64,000 nt of DNA. Origin: Heptranchias perlo. Taxonomy: Eukaryota. The position numbers and the translations under genes are program-made. Where the stretch lies: the NCBI RefSeq assembly GCF_035084215.1, contig NC_090367.1:8124001-8188000 (forward strand), in the 5' to 3' direction. Positions 35,650-48,094 of the stretch are shown here, piece by piece; within the stretch, counting starts at the first letter, position 1, and each line of letters opens with the position of its first letter. Below the pieces are notes generated by a model. That model was given only the letters and a program-made list of their open reading frames with translations. It searched no databases and had not been told where the DNA came from.

Positions 35650-36240
35650 ATGAGGCTCTGGTCTCCATATTACAAAAAGGATATGGAGAAGGTGCAAAAA
35701 AGATTTACAAGGATGGTGCCAGAACTGAGAGGTTATAACTATCAGGAAAGAGGAAACAGTCTGAGGCTCTTTTCTCTAGAAAAGAGAAGGCCGAGGGGTG
35801 ACCTGATAGAGGTCTTTAAGATTATGAAGGGGTTCGATAGGGTAGACGTAGAGAAGATGTTTCCACTTGCGGGAGAGACCAGAACTAGGGGGCCATAAAT
35901 ATAAAAGACAGTTGCTAATAAATCCAATAGGGAATTCAGGAGAAACCTCTTTACCTTCTCAAGCGCAATTAGGGATGGGCAATAAATGCCGGCCTTGCCA
36001 GTGACGCCCACGTCCCACGAATGAATTAAAAAGAAAACCCAGAGAGTGGTGAGAATGTGGAACTCGCTCCCACAAGGAGTAGTTGAGGCGAATAACATAG
36101 ATGCATTTAAGGGGAAGCTCGATAAACACTTGAGGGAGAAAGGAATAGAAGGATATGCTGATAGGGTGAGATGCTGATAGGAGGCTCGTGCGGAGCATAA
36201 ACACCATTTGGGCCGAACGGCCTGTTTCTGTGCTGTACTG
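35650..36240 (+). mobile_element. CR1 LINE 3' fragment with a nested LINE-tail insertion
   Basis: WSPYYKKDMEKVQKRFTRMVPEL...RGDLIEVFKIMKGF. Confidence 0.8.
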
Positions 36241-36409
36241 GGACATGTGGAACCGTACCCCCAGCGAGAGTCGCTGCCCTTGGGGAGGGGGGGGGGGGGG
36301 GGTTGAGAGACGGGGAAATCAGTGCAACGAAAGCAAAGAAGCGTCTGGCTCCGGAGACCGAACTCGCGCCGGACTGGACTCGCGCACCCAGCCCTGGGTC
36401 GTGACCTAC

Positions 36410-36639
36410 CTCGGAGAGTGAGCGTGCATGGAGGACGGCCGGACCGGGCCGAAGTCCTTCCCTCCGTACAGGTGCCAGACAACGGAGATCTCCCGCAGCA
36501 TGATGCGGGTGTCGGGGACGGGAAACCTGGCCGGTGCCTTCAGCAGATCCGTGCTCCCGATGGGCCTGGAGAAGTGGCTGTCCTTGATCGAGATACACTC
36601 CGCCGTCAGCTTGGAGACAACAGGCTCGCCGTCTTTGGG
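36410..36639 (-). CDS. ATG2A: ATG2A exon (PKDGEPVVSK...DSHFSRPIGSTDLLKAP...WHLYGGKDFG...HSPR)
   Basis: 230 nt, phase 0/2; contains the WIPI-binding H/YF motif region and WHLYGG. Confidence 0.95.
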
Positions 36640-36994
36640 CTTGGGGGGGAAAAAAAAAAGACATCTCTCTCAGTAACACGCGCAAACGGAGCCGGAGAAT
36701 AAAAATGTTGCCGAACAGCAGTATAGCAGCATCCAATTCCCACCCCCAGAGCTCAGGACACTTGACCAACCCCTCTCGCGTTAGAAAAAGTTTATTATCG
36801 ATCCCTCCCCATCATCTCTGGCCTTTTGTTTACCCGTCTCTCTCTCTCAGCGCCATTTTAATTGTCAGCAAACTGCCGCTCGTCCTTCCCTTGCTCCTCG
36901 CCGGCGCCTGACTCTTCTGGCCGTTTGTGGGATCTTGCTGTGCGCACATTGCCCAGGGTAACGTCGGCCACTGCACTTCCACTGAAAGGAAGAC

Positions 36995-37470
36995 GGACCC
37001 CAATTTATACGGCGCCTTTCACTACCTCAGGACGTCCCAAAGCGCTTTACAGCCAATTAAGTATTTTTCTTTGAAGTGTAGTCGCTGGTGTAACGTAGCA
37101 GCCAATTTGCGCACAGCAAGATCCCACAAACAGCAATGCGAGAATGGCCCGATAATCTGTATTTAGATGTTGGTTGAGGCATAAATATTGGCCCAGGACA
37201 CTGGGGAGAACTCCCCCCTGCTCTTCTTCCAATAGTGGCCGTGGGATCTTTTACGTCCACCTGAGAGGGGCAGACGGGGCCTCGGTTTAATGTCTCATCC
37301 GAGAGACGGCGCCTCCGACAGTGCAGCACTCCCTCAGTACCGGCACTGGGAGTGTCGGCCTGGATTATGAGCTCAAGTCTCTGGAGTGGAGCTCGAACCC
37401 ACGACCTTCTGATTCGGTGGGGGGGGGGGGGGCGGGGGGGGGGGGGGAGCATCCCACCGAGCTATGGCTG
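36995..37470 (-). mobile_element. DeuSINE copy
   Basis: Full head-core-tail similarity. Confidence 0.85.
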
Positions 37471-37799
37471 ATCCCTGGGTTATGTCACAGTTGAGTCTGT
37501 GCCCGGCCTCATCCAAAATCCACGCTCTGCCGCGTTTCCTACATCACAACAGTGACTACACTTCAAAAGTACTTCATTGGCTGTAAAGCACTCTGGGACG
37601 TCCTGAGGTTGTGAAAGGCGCTATATAAATGCAGGTCTTTAATCTTCTAGCCATTTAACCAAAGTAATTGGGCTTCCAATATTGGAATCTCAGGGGTCTG
37701 TTTCCTGCGGCTCCCAACCCCTGTGAATTTTGATACTGAAAGTTGGTGATTAAATGAATATATCTCAATAGCCCCCCTCCCAATACATACGAGTTACAT

Positions 37800-38133
37800 C
37801 GAGTCCATGCTGGTGTTTATGCTCCACACGAGCCTCCTCCCTCCCTATTTCATCTCACCCTATCAGCATATCCTTCTATTCCTTTCTCCCTCATGTGTTT
37901 ATCCAGCTTCCCCTTAAATGTATCTATTCTATTCGCCTCAACTGCTCCTTGTGGGAGCGAGTTCCACATTCTCACCACTCTCTGGGTAAAGAAGTTTCTC
38001 CTGAATTCCCTATTGGATTTATTAGTGACTATCTTATATTTATGGCCCCTAGTTCTGGTCTCCCCCCAAAAAATGGAAATCTCTCTCTCTCTCCGTCTAC
38101 CCTATCGAACCCCTTCATAATGTTAAAGACCTC
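37800..38133 (-). mobile_element. CR1 LINE 3' fragment
   Basis: Reverse complement of the subfamily at 35810-36240. Confidence 0.75.
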
Positions 38134-38216
38134 TGTCTTCAGTTGTACTGAAGGGTCCCGTTTTTATCCTCAGTCTGTGCTGAGTGGGCTGTCCCTCGTA
38201 TTTCAGGCAGGCTCAC

Positions 38217-38419
38217 CGGAATTCCCATGCCCGGCGCGTCCAGTATGCAGAAATCGTCGTTGTCGGTGGAGTCACTCTCTGCCTCGCTGCCCTCGGAGGG
38301 GTACACCTCCAGCCTGTCGAGGGCCGAGGGGGGCCGAGGCGGGGCCTTCTCCTGGTTGTTCTCGCCCGGGAAGAGGTAGACGGACACGGGAGAGTCCTGG
38401 CGGAGCACGGGCAGCCCAC
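38217..38419 (-). CDS. ATG2A: ATG2A exon (GLPVLRQDSPVSVYLFPGE...DNDDFCILDAPGMGIP), contains LIR FCIL
   Basis: 203 nt, phase 1/0; acidic residues followed by FCIL at 38241-38252. Confidence 0.95.
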
Positions 38420-38632
38420 CTGTGGACACGACGCCAAGAGTTAGCAGAGGAACGGCGAGAAACACACCGCCAACGCTGGATCTGAACGCAAGAATGGAAA
38501 GTTCCGGAAAGACACGGCCGTTTAGTGCTCCATACAATCCACCCTTCTCGGGGTGACTGAGCACTTGGGACAATATGAGCTGGTCAGAGCGAGCCAGCGT
38601 GTGTTTGTAACGGGTTAGCTACGTCTAACAAA

Positions 38633-39023
38633 CCGAGTTGAAGTTTTTGAGGCAGTCGCTAACATGGTGGATCAGGGATGTTATTTATATGGACTTCCAG
38701 AAGGCATTCAACAAAGTTCCACACAAAAGACTTAACAAAAATGAGAGTGCATGGAATTGGAGGCAACCGACTGACATGGGTGGGGAATTGATTAGGAGGT
38801 CGGAGACCGAGAGTAGGGATAATGGGAATGTACGCCATTTGGCAGGATGTGACTAGTGGTGTCCCCCAGGGATCTGTACTGGGGCCTCAGCTTTTCACTA
38901 TATTTATAAAAGACATGGATGAAGGAAGAGGGAGCCATATATCCAAGTTTGCTGCCGACACTGAGTTAGGTGGCACAGTAAATAGCGTAGATAGAAGCAG
39001 AAAGTTGCAAAGGAACATAGACA
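38633..39023 (+). mobile_element. CR1 LINE reverse-transcriptase core fragment (degenerate)
   Basis: DVIYMDFQKAFNKVPHKRL / VTSGVPQGSVLGPQLFTIFI...SKFAADTELGG (mutated FADD). Confidence 0.85.
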
Positions 39024-39029
39024 CATCTA

Positions 39030-39300
39030 CACAGCGCACACAGACAGACGCACGCACACAGACAGACGCACGCACACAGACAGACGCACGCACACAGACA
39101 GACGCACGCACACAGACAGACGCACGCACACAGACAGACGCACGCACACAGACAGACGCACACATCCACACAGACAGACGCACACATCCACACAGACAGA
39201 CGCACACATCCACACAGACAGACACACATCCACACAACCACAGACACACACCCACATCCACACACAGATCTACAGACACACACAGATCTACACCCACCCA
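39030..39300 (+). repeat. CA-rich 18-bp repeat / microsatellite
   Basis: (GACAGACGCACGCACACA)n degenerating into CA-rich sequence. Confidence 0.9.
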
Positions 39301-39334
39301 CAGGCTGTCCTGTTTTCAGCCCTCCTGAATTTAC

Positions 39335-39461
39335 CTGACCCATCGCACGAGTCCCTGCGGTTCCGGTCGGTGTCGATGAGAGCGTCCGTCAGATCACCCT
39401 GGTTTATCTCGGCCGTCTCCGCTGGGAGGCGAGGTGGGAGAGAGGTCGCCGTCTCCGGCAG
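39335..39461 (-). CDS. ATG2A: ATG2A exon (LPETATSLPP...INQGDLTDALIDTDRNRRDSCDGS)
   Basis: 127 nt, phase 0/1. Confidence 0.92.
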
Positions 39462-39714
39462 CTGGTGCGGCGCCAAAAGAGGAAAGAGTTAGTTTAAAAA
39501 CGGTCTGAAGATCCTGAAGCAAATGGGTGCGAGGCCCCAGGCGCTGTGGGAGGGTCGCGACCTCCCGCCCGGGCTCCCAGTGGTGACGTGCGGGGAGTAG
39601 AGAACGGGCTGTGAGCAGATAAACCCCGCAGTCCATACTCGATCAGCATCAACACTCCAGACAGGACTGCAGTCTCACCATCGTGGCTTCCTTTCTCTTG
39701 AGAAAAAAAACCCT

Positions 39715-40193
39715 GCTGCCCCGTATCCTAACTCGCACCAAGTCACGTTCACCCATCACCCCCTGCGCTCGCTGACCTACATTGGCTCCCGGTCCAGGAA
39801 CGCCTCAATTTTAAAACTCACATCCTTGTTTTCAAATCCCTCCATGGCCCTCACCCCCTCCCTATCTCTATAACCTCCTCCAGCCCCGACAACCCTCCAA
39901 GATCTCTGCGCTCCTCCAATTCTGGCCTCTTGCACATCCCCGATTTTAATCGCTCCACCATTGGCGGCCGTGCCTTCAGCTGCCTGGGCCCTAAGCTCTG
40001 GAATTCCCTCCCTAAACCTCTCCGCCTCTCTCTCCTCCTTTAAGACGCTCCTTAAAACCTACCTCTTTGACCAAGCTTTTGGTCACCTGTCTTAATATCT
40101 CCTTACGTAATTTGGTATCAAATTTTGTTTGATTTACACTCCTGGGACGTTCTACTTAGTTCAAGGCGCTATATAAACGAAAGTTGCTGTTGT
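39715..40193 (+). mobile_element. L2-clade LINE 3' fragment
   Basis: High similarity to 31770-32243. Confidence 0.78.
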
Positions 40194-40889
40194 TAAGAAA
40201 AAAATATTGCAAAATAATTAAACCACCACTGATATTTATTCCTGGGCAATTTTAAAATAAAAATATTTTATTCACAATCAGCGAGTGCCTCAGACTGTGT
40301 GGGGAAGAGGGGTGGGAAGTGGGGGGGGGGGGGGTGGTGGGAGGGGAGAGTTACTGACTCCCATAACTCAAAATGGCTGAATTAACATCAGTAGAGGTTC
40401 GTCGATCTCCCTGGGTGTATCAGTAGGTAATGGCACCGCCTGGTGAGACACCCGCCTCGCAGGCCGGGAACACGGAAGGTTCTATGCTGCGTTGGCCGAT
40501 CGCAGTCGGGGCATGTGTGTGGTTGTCGGGCGAGGTCTGGAATGGGCTGGGCTGTGGTGCCCCACACAGTCGAATAGCACGCGCTGGCGAAGTACGGGAG
40601 GGTCGCCAGCGGCCCGGGAGGAGTCAGAGCCTTCAGGAGGGTTGCGGGGAAAGGAGGGAAAGTTAAGGTGCTGCAATGTGCCTCAGTGCCCCTGCATTAG
40701 AGTGGGGGGGGGGGGGGGGGGGGGGAGGAATCAGCCCAGGTTCCTGCTCCTCATCCAGTCAGGCCCAGCCGGAAAGGGTCAAGACTCTTACTCTAACTCG
40801 CTCTGTGCCCCAGAACCTCAGCTACGTGACTCCTCACCTCCCTCGCTCGCTCTTCCCCAGCTCCTACAATCTACAGGCGTCTCTTTTAC

Positions 40890-41210
40890 AATCACACAGC
40901 ACAGGAGGCGGCCATTCGGCCCATCGTGCCCGGTGCCGGCTCTTTGAAAGAGCTCTCCGATTAGCCCCACACCCACCCCTGCTCTTTCCCCATGAGCCCT
41001 ACAAATTTTTCCTTTTCAAGTATTTCTCCAATTCCCTTTTGAAAGTTATTATTGAATCTGCTTCCACCGCCCTTTCAGGCAGCGCATTCCAGATCAACTC
41101 GCTGCGTAAAAAAAATTCTCATCTCCCCTCTGATTCTTTTGGCAAATTATCTTAAATCTGTGTCCTCTGGTTACTGCCCCCCGCCCCCAGAGGAAACAGT
41201 TTCTCTCTAT
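40890..41210 (-). mobile_element. CR1 LINE 3' fragment
   Basis: Reverse complement of the subfamily at 22768 and 43985. Confidence 0.75.
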
Positions 41211-41570
41211 GTGCTCCAACAAAGCCCTTCAAAGCACAATTTACTCCTTTTTAAACCGTGGGTCTTCCTGCACTCCGGGTTCCTCGGCTTCAAAATACAA
41301 ATCTGCAAAGCACGACCATGCAAGGGTTTTTTTTTTGTTGTCGTTGCAAATAAGCTGCCGAGGGCTGCTCGAAGTGTCCCCTCTGCGAGCTCGTCATTCG
41401 GCTTCTGCCCACATCCTAGCACTTCACAGCCGCCCAGAGTCACGGCGAGATGATCGTGCAAGATTTGCAACCCAGTTCAAAAGAAAACAAACATGCAAAG
41501 CAAATCAGCCACAGTCGGTAGCAATTTCGCCTCCGAGTCAGAAGGTCGCGGGTTCAAATCCCCACTCGGA

Positions 41571-41932
41571 GGAAACGCGGCAGCCAAATTTGCGCACAGC
41601 AAGATCCCACAAAAGGCAATGTCATAAATGACCAGGTCATCTGTTTTTTTTTTTAAGTGATGTTGGTTGACTGATAAATATTGGCCCCCCGGACACCGGG
41701 GAGAACTCCCCCCTGCTCTTCTTCCAATAGTGGCCGTGGGATCTTTTACGTCCGCCTGAGAGGGGCAGACGGGGTCCTCGGTTTAACGTCTCATCCGAAA
41801 GACGGCACACCCCCCGACAGCGCAGTGCTGCACTGGGAGAGTCCGCCTGGGTTATGGGGCTCAAGTCGCTGGAGCGGGGGCTCGAACCCACGACCTTCTG
41901 ACTCCGAGGAGAGAGTGCTACCCCCGGCTGAC
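41571..41932 (-). mobile_element. DeuSINE copy
   Basis: Head and core similarity. Confidence 0.8.
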
Positions 41933-42229
41933 ATGATAAAAGGCAGCGTTTTTAGAATATTAATTTTTTAATATATTATTGTGGAGGAGGGCGAGGGGAC
42001 AGGGGCTTTTCCTGCATGTCAGGACTGCCGATAATGATTCCCTTGTTTCGCTGCATGGCTTCACATTGCAGAAGAGGACTCAGCAATTTGATGAGACTGT
42101 CACGGCAAAGGGCAGTTACAGCCAATCACACCATGAAAAGGGCAGAGTTTAGCTCCCTCATCGGCACCGCGTGGGCAACTCCCACATTATTCTGCTGGAA
42201 TGTATGCGAATTGAGGAAGGGTGAGGGCA

Positions 42230-42885
42230 TAGGGACATCGGAGGAGGCCATTCAGCCCCTCGAGCCTGTTCCGCCATTCAATTGGATCACGGCTGATCTG
42301 TATCTTAACTCCATCTACCCGCCTTGGTTCTGTAACCCTTAATCCCCTCACCCAACAAAAATCGATCAATCTCAGTTTTGAAATTTTCAATTGACCCCCG
42401 GCCTCGACAGCTTTTTGGGGGAGAGAGTTCCAGATTTCCACTCCCCTTTGTGTGAAGAAACGCTTCCTGACATCACCCCTGAACGGCCTGGCTCTAATTT
42501 GAAGGTTACGCCCCCTTGTTCTGGACTCCCCCCACCAGAGGAAATAGTTTCTCTCTATCTACCCGACCACATCCTTTAATCATCTTAAACACCTCGATTA
42601 GATCACCCCTTAATCTTCTACATTCAAGGGAATACAAGCCGAGTCTTTGCAACCTGTCCTCGTAATTTAACGGACTGCAGCGGTTCAAGAAGGCGGCTCA
42701 CCACCACCTTCTCAAGGGCAATTAGGGATGGGCAATAAATGCCGGCCTTGCCAGCGACGCCCACATCCCGTAAACGAATTAAAAAAAAGAAAAAAAAAGC
42801 CCCGGTATCATTCTGGTGACTCTGCACTGCACCCCCTCCAAGGCCAACATATCCTTCCTGATGTGCGGTGCCCAGAACTGAACAC
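42230..42885 (-). mobile_element. CR1 LINE 3' fragment with a nested LINE-tail insertion (42671-42798)
   Basis: Near-identical to 17213-17780. Confidence 0.82.
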
Positions 42886-43984
42886 AGGGCAGGGTTAGGC
42901 TTGGCGGGTGATGCCCACGTAGTCAAATATCCTACCAATCTCACCAGCCTACCACTGGCTCAGTGGTGTCGCCCTCGCCTCTGAATCAGAAGGTTGTTAA
43001 ACCGAGGCCCCGTCTGCCCCTCTCAGGTGGATGTAAAATCCCACAGCCACTGTCCTGGGACCAATATTTATCCCTCAACCAACATCACCAAAAACAGGTT
43101 ATCTTATGATGCTTACTGTCAAGAACTGTACCCCCCCCCCCCCAGTAAGACTCACGGCCTTTAGGAAAAACATGGAGTGGGGGGAGAAATGAACCCGGGA
43201 CATGGTGCAAATGTAACAGACAAGTTGTGAGGCCCACTTAAGACAAAGTCCGCACGCAGCCCTTTAAACACCTGCTGCTCCGGGATCAGCAGCCGGGACG
43301 CGGTCCCGGTCGGGATGTGGGCGGGCTCGCCCCCACGGCAGGCGGCAGAGCCGGATTACAGCCGCGCCCCCTCCGTTAAGTGCCTACGGTTCAGTGCAAA
43401 CACACCAGGCGATCAAATGGAGTAAATTGATACGCTGACAGGGTGAGATGATGTAGGGAGGGAGGAGGCTCGTGTGGAGCATAAACACCGGCATGGACCA
43501 GTTGGGCCGAATGGCCTGTTTCTGCGTTGTGCGTTCTATATGAATTGCAGTGCCTCTGTTGCCGGACACCCTCACATGCTGCTTCCTCGGGATATCTTCA
43601 GACACACCGTATGGCCACGGTCTAAAGCCGAGTTAGTACGGTCAGTCGTGGTTATGGACTGTCTCAAAGGGTGAGTAGAGCCCTGGCAGAGTTTTAGGCT
43701 CCAGGTTAGTCTGGGGCCCCCGAGTTCCCGTCTCAATTCCCCCCCCCCGTCTCGGTACCCTCCTCCTACTCATCAGAAATGCAATTCGCCACATCTGGAT
43801 TCCCAATTCGCCATGCGTGGCCAATAACGCACTGGGTAACCCTGGACCAGGCTGTGGAGTATTCAGCTGACACCCGAGGGGCGCCCACTTGGTAAGTGGT
43901 GAATCCGTGGTAACGTGCCTACTGGATCAGGGCGGGTACGACTGCAAAAGCTCCAGCTGCCAGTCTCAGGAAAGTACTGGGGAA

Positions 43985-44465
43985 TGAGGAGATTTACCAG
44001 AATGGTATTAGGGATGAGGGACTTCAGTTATGTGGAGAGACTGGAGAAGCTGGGATTGTTCTCCTTAGAGCAGAGAAGGTTAAGGGGAGATTTAATCGAG
44101 GTGTTCAAAATCATGAAGGGTTTTGATAGAGGAGATCGGGAGAAACCGTTTCCAGTGGCAGGAGGGTCGGTGACCAGAGAACACAGATTTAAGGTGATCG
44201 GCAAAAGAACCAGAGGGGGGGAGATGAGGAGACATTTCTTCACGCAGCGAGTTGTGATGATCTGGAAATGCGCTGCCTGAAAGGGCGGTGGAAGCAGATT
44301 CAATAATAACTTTCAAAAGGGGAATTGGAGAAATACTTGAAGGGGAAAAATTTGTACAGCTCCGGGGAAAGAACAGGGGGGGAGTGGGACTAATTGGATA
44401 GCTCTTTCAAAGAGCCGGCACAGGCACGATGGGCCAAATGGCCGCCTTCTGCGCTAGAAGATTCT
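43985..44465 (+). mobile_element. CR1 LINE 3' fragment
   Basis: RRFTRMVLGMRDFSYVERLEKLGLFSLEQRRLRGDL. Confidence 0.85.
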
Positions 44466-44529
44466 ATCAAGGTGCAGCCAGGGTCGATGAGGAGACAGGA
44501 GAAGACGCGTAGGGGAGGATTGAGCCTAA

Positions 44530-45024
44530 AGAAAGACTTGCATTTATTCACGGCCTCAGGACGTCCCAAAGCGCTTTACAACCAATGAAGTATTTTTGAA
44601 GTGTAGTCACTGTTGTAATGTAGGAAACGCAGCAGTCAATTTGCGCACAGCAAGATCCCAGAAACAGCAATGAGATAATGACCAGATAATCTGTTTTTCG
44701 TAATGTTGGTTGAGGGATAAATATTGGCCCCAGGACACCGGGGAGAACTCCCCGCTGCTCTTCTTCCAATAGCGGCCGTGGGATCTTTTACATCCACCTG
44801 AGAGGGGCAGACGGGGCCTCGGTTTAAACGTCTCATCCGAAAGACGGCGCCTCCGACAGTGCAGCACTCCCCTCAGTACCGGCACTGGGAGTGTCGTCCT
44901 GGATTATGGGGCTCAAGTCTCGGGAGTGGGGCTCGAACCCACGACCTTCTGACTCCGGGGAGAGAGAGCGAGCACGCGAGAGCGAAGCGAGCGAGAGAAT
45001 GACCCACTGAGCCACGGCTGACAC
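44530..45024 (-). mobile_element. Full-length DeuSINE
   Basis: Full head-core-tail similarity. Confidence 0.85.
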
Positions 45025-45103
45025 CTGAGGAAGAATCCTGGGTGGAAATAACGATAGATTAATACACAGATGGGGCGGGGGTGGGGGGGGGAGAAATCAG
45101 TAC

Positions 45104-45274
45104 CTGCAGCTTCTGGCCGGCGATCTCGGTCGGGCTGTCCTGTTTCGGCGGAGGGTGGAGGTCACCGCTGTTTACCACGTACTGCATCAGGTTCACCAGC
45201 GTGGCGCAGGAGTCGGCGCAGGTGTGGACGTGCACCACGTTATTGGAGCAGCGCAGCTCGAACAGCGGCTGCGT
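45104..45274 (-). CDS. ATG2A: ATG2A exon (TQPLFELRCSNNVVHVHTCADSCATLVNLMQYVVNSGDLHPPP...GQKLQ)
   Basis: 171 nt, phase 0/0; ATG2 CAD motif (CADSC). Confidence 0.96.
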
Positions 45275-45959
45275 CTGGAGGAAAGACAAAACGTCGGGCG
45301 TAAGAGCCTCCTACGTCGCAGGTCCCAGCGTTTCGCCCTCCCTGGCTGCCTTCTCTCCACCCCCCCCCTCACCCAGCAGCTCGAACGTTCGATCCCCTCC
45401 TGTTTACGCTCCTTTGACCCAGACGGTAGGAAACCTGAACCATTCAAGTTCCGTTTCTGGTTGACACCGAGTACCAGCGGCTCCAGTGGGCTCTGCGGCT
45501 GGGATTAGTCGAGTAAAGTTACTACCCACCCCTCAAACAACACAGGACTGGTTTCTCCCGCCCCCGCCCCCCTTATGTCTCAATGTGTGACGGCGCTGCC
45601 CACTGTGGTACTGAGACAGACAGACCAGAAGAGCTTCCCGGTCTACAGAGCCTCGGCTGAGCTTTCAGAAGGGGGGGGGATATCAGCACCACTCCCACCA
45701 CAAGGCGGCGCGATCAGGACCTTGATCAGCCGCGATGCCCTCGTGGTGGAAGAGCCTGCGGAGGAGCGGGTGGAGGCGGAGAGTGGGCTGTCGGTGCTGG
45801 TGGACCTCTGTCCCAACGGGAGATTGCTCGCAGGAGACGGACTCGAGGGGAGAGAAGGGCAGGATGGTGTGGCACAGGAGCACCCTACACTTCGAACCAC
45901 AGCACACGTCCGTGGTGAAGGGGAGGTAAAACACAGGGGAGGGGGGGGCGGGGGAATGA

Positions 45960-47090
45960 GAGGGGAGGGGGAGGCCGTCGGGGCGAGGGGGGGGGGGGAG
46001 GCCGTCGGGGCGAGGGAGGGGGGGGAGGCCGTCGGGGCGAGGGGCGAGAGGGGGGGGGGGGGGGAGAGGCCGTCGGGGCGAGGGGCGAGAGGGGGGGGGG
46101 GGGGGGGAGAGGCCGTCGGGGCGAGGGGGGGGGAGGGGAGGAGGCCGTCGGGGCGAGGGGGGGGGGGGGGGGGGAGGAGGCCGTCGGGGGCGAGGGGGGG
46201 GGGGGGGGGAGGAGGCCGTCGGGGCGAGGGGGGGGGGGGGGGAGGAGGCCGTCGGGGCGAGGGGTGAGGGGGGGAGGAGGCCGTCGGGGCGAGGGGGGGG
46301 GGGAGGAGGCCGTCGGGGCGAGGGGGAGGCCGTCGGGGCGAGGGGAGGCCGTCGGGGCGAGGGGGAGGCCGTCGGGGCGAGGGGGGAGGCCGTCGGGGCG
46401 AGGGGGGAGGCCGTCGGGGCGAGGGGGGAGGCCGTCGGGGCGAGGGGGAGGCCGTCGGGGCGAGGGGGGAGGCCGTCGGGGCGAGGGGGGGGGGGGGAGG
46501 GAGGAGGCCGTCGGGGCGAGGGGGGGGGGGGAGGGAGGAGGCCGTCGGGGCGAGGGGGGGGGGGGGGGGGAGGGAGGAGGCCGTCGGGGCGAGGGGGGGG
46601 GGGGGGGGGGAGGGAGGAGGCCGTCGGGGCGAGGGGTGGGGGGGGGGGGAGGGAGGAGGCCGTCGGGGCGAGGGGGGGGGGGAGGGAGGAGGCCGTCGGG
46701 GCGAGGGGGGGGGAGGGAGGAGGCCGTCGGGGCGAGGGGGGGGGGAGGGAGGAGGCCGTCGGGGCGAGGGGGGGGGGGAGGGAGGAGGCCGTCGGGGCGA
46801 GGGGGGGGGGGAGGGAGGAGGCCGTCGGGGCGAGGGGGGGGGGGGGAGGGAGGAGGCCGTCGGGGCGAGGGGGGGGGGGGAGGGAGGAGGCCGTCGGGGC
46901 GAGGGGGGGGGGGGAGGGAGGAGGCCGTCGGGGGCGAGGGGGGGGGGGGAGGGAGGAGGCCGTCGGGGCGAGGGGGGGGGGGGAGGGGAGGAGGCCGTCG
47001 GGGCGAGGGGGGGGGGGGAGGGAGGAGGCCGTCGGGGCGAGGGGGGGGGAGGGAGGAGGGCCGTCGGGGCGAGGGGGGGGGGGGCGGGGG
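45960..47090 (+). repeat. Extremely G-rich minisatellite, core GAGGCCGTCGGGGCGAG with variable poly-G spacers
   Basis: Roughly 40 cores separated by G-runs of variable length. Confidence 0.92.
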
Positions 47091-47144
47091 GAGATATTTA
47101 TCGAAGCATGTACTGCGTGCCCTTGTGAGGGTGGGATAACTCAC

Positions 47145-47221
47145 CAGCTTTCCCCCCGAGTTTCCTTTCCAGGTGGTGATCACCAGCTCCAACAGATCCA
47201 CATCCAGCACACAGACGTAAT
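47145..47221 (-). CDS. ATG2A: ATG2A exon (DYVCVLDVDLLELVITTWKGNSGGKL)
   Basis: 77 nt, phase 1/0, AG/GTGAGT flanks. Confidence 0.94.
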
Positions 47222-47499
47222 CTGAACAGGGGAGAGAAGCCACAAGATGTCACCGCTCGGCCAACTTAGCGGGGTCAAAGGTCGCTCACCGAGCACGACG
47301 GCCAACTCTGGAAGTGTCACTGTACGCCGGATTGGAAGCCCTGAAACCTCAGTCCCCCACCCCCTTCCGCCCCGCGCGCCCGCCCAGCCCCCGCCACCCC
47401 CCCGTCGAGAGCTAAAAGTAAAACCTTCAAACAAGTTTGTGTTTGGAGGTGGCGAATATTAAACTTTTTCCCGTTCAGGCTATCGGGACTGTCACATTG

Positions 47500-48000
47500 A
47501 GGAGGAGGCCATTCAGCCCCTCGAGCCATTCAGTGAGATCATGGCCGATCTGTATCCTGACTCCATCCACCCGCCTTGACTGCATATCCCTCAATACACC
47601 TGGCTAGCAAAAATCTATCGGTCTCCGATTTAAAATGATTAATTGAGCTAGCATCTACTGCTTTTTGTGGGAGAGAGTTCCTCACTTTGACCACCCTTTG
47701 CGTGAAGTTTCCTAACTTCTCTCCTGAATGGCCAGGCTCTGATTTTAAGGTTATGTCCCCTAGTCCTCGACTCCTTCACCAGTGGAAAAAGTTTCTCTCG
47801 ATCGACCCCTATCGATTCCTTTCAAAATCCTAAAAACATCAATCAAATCACCCCTTAACCTTCTGCATTCCAGGGAAGACAAACCTAGTTTATGTAATCT
47901 CTCCAAGTAATCAAATCCTTGGGGCCCTGGTCACATTCTGGTGAATCCGCGCTGCACTCCTTCCAAGGCCAATCGATCATTTCCAGTGTGCGGTGCCCAG
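47500..48000 (-). mobile_element. CR1 LINE 3' fragment (diverged)
   Basis: CR1 3' terminus and RT tail similarity. Confidence 0.7.
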
Positions 48001-48094
48001 AAGCATTATGAAAACTGACAGTTCAATATAGGGCAGGTCAGTGAGTGTGATTCCACATACAACAGGTCACGCGTTCGAGGGGGAGGGCGGGGGA

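Noticed and set aside
45643..45934. Coding-looking ORFs between ATG2A exons
   Set aside because: Overlap the old dispersed repeat motif; adjacent ATG2A exons join without them.
45885..47243. 452-aa proline-rich, formin/extensin-like ORF
   Set aside because: Only 47145-47221 is a real exon; the rest is read-through into the G-rich intronic array.
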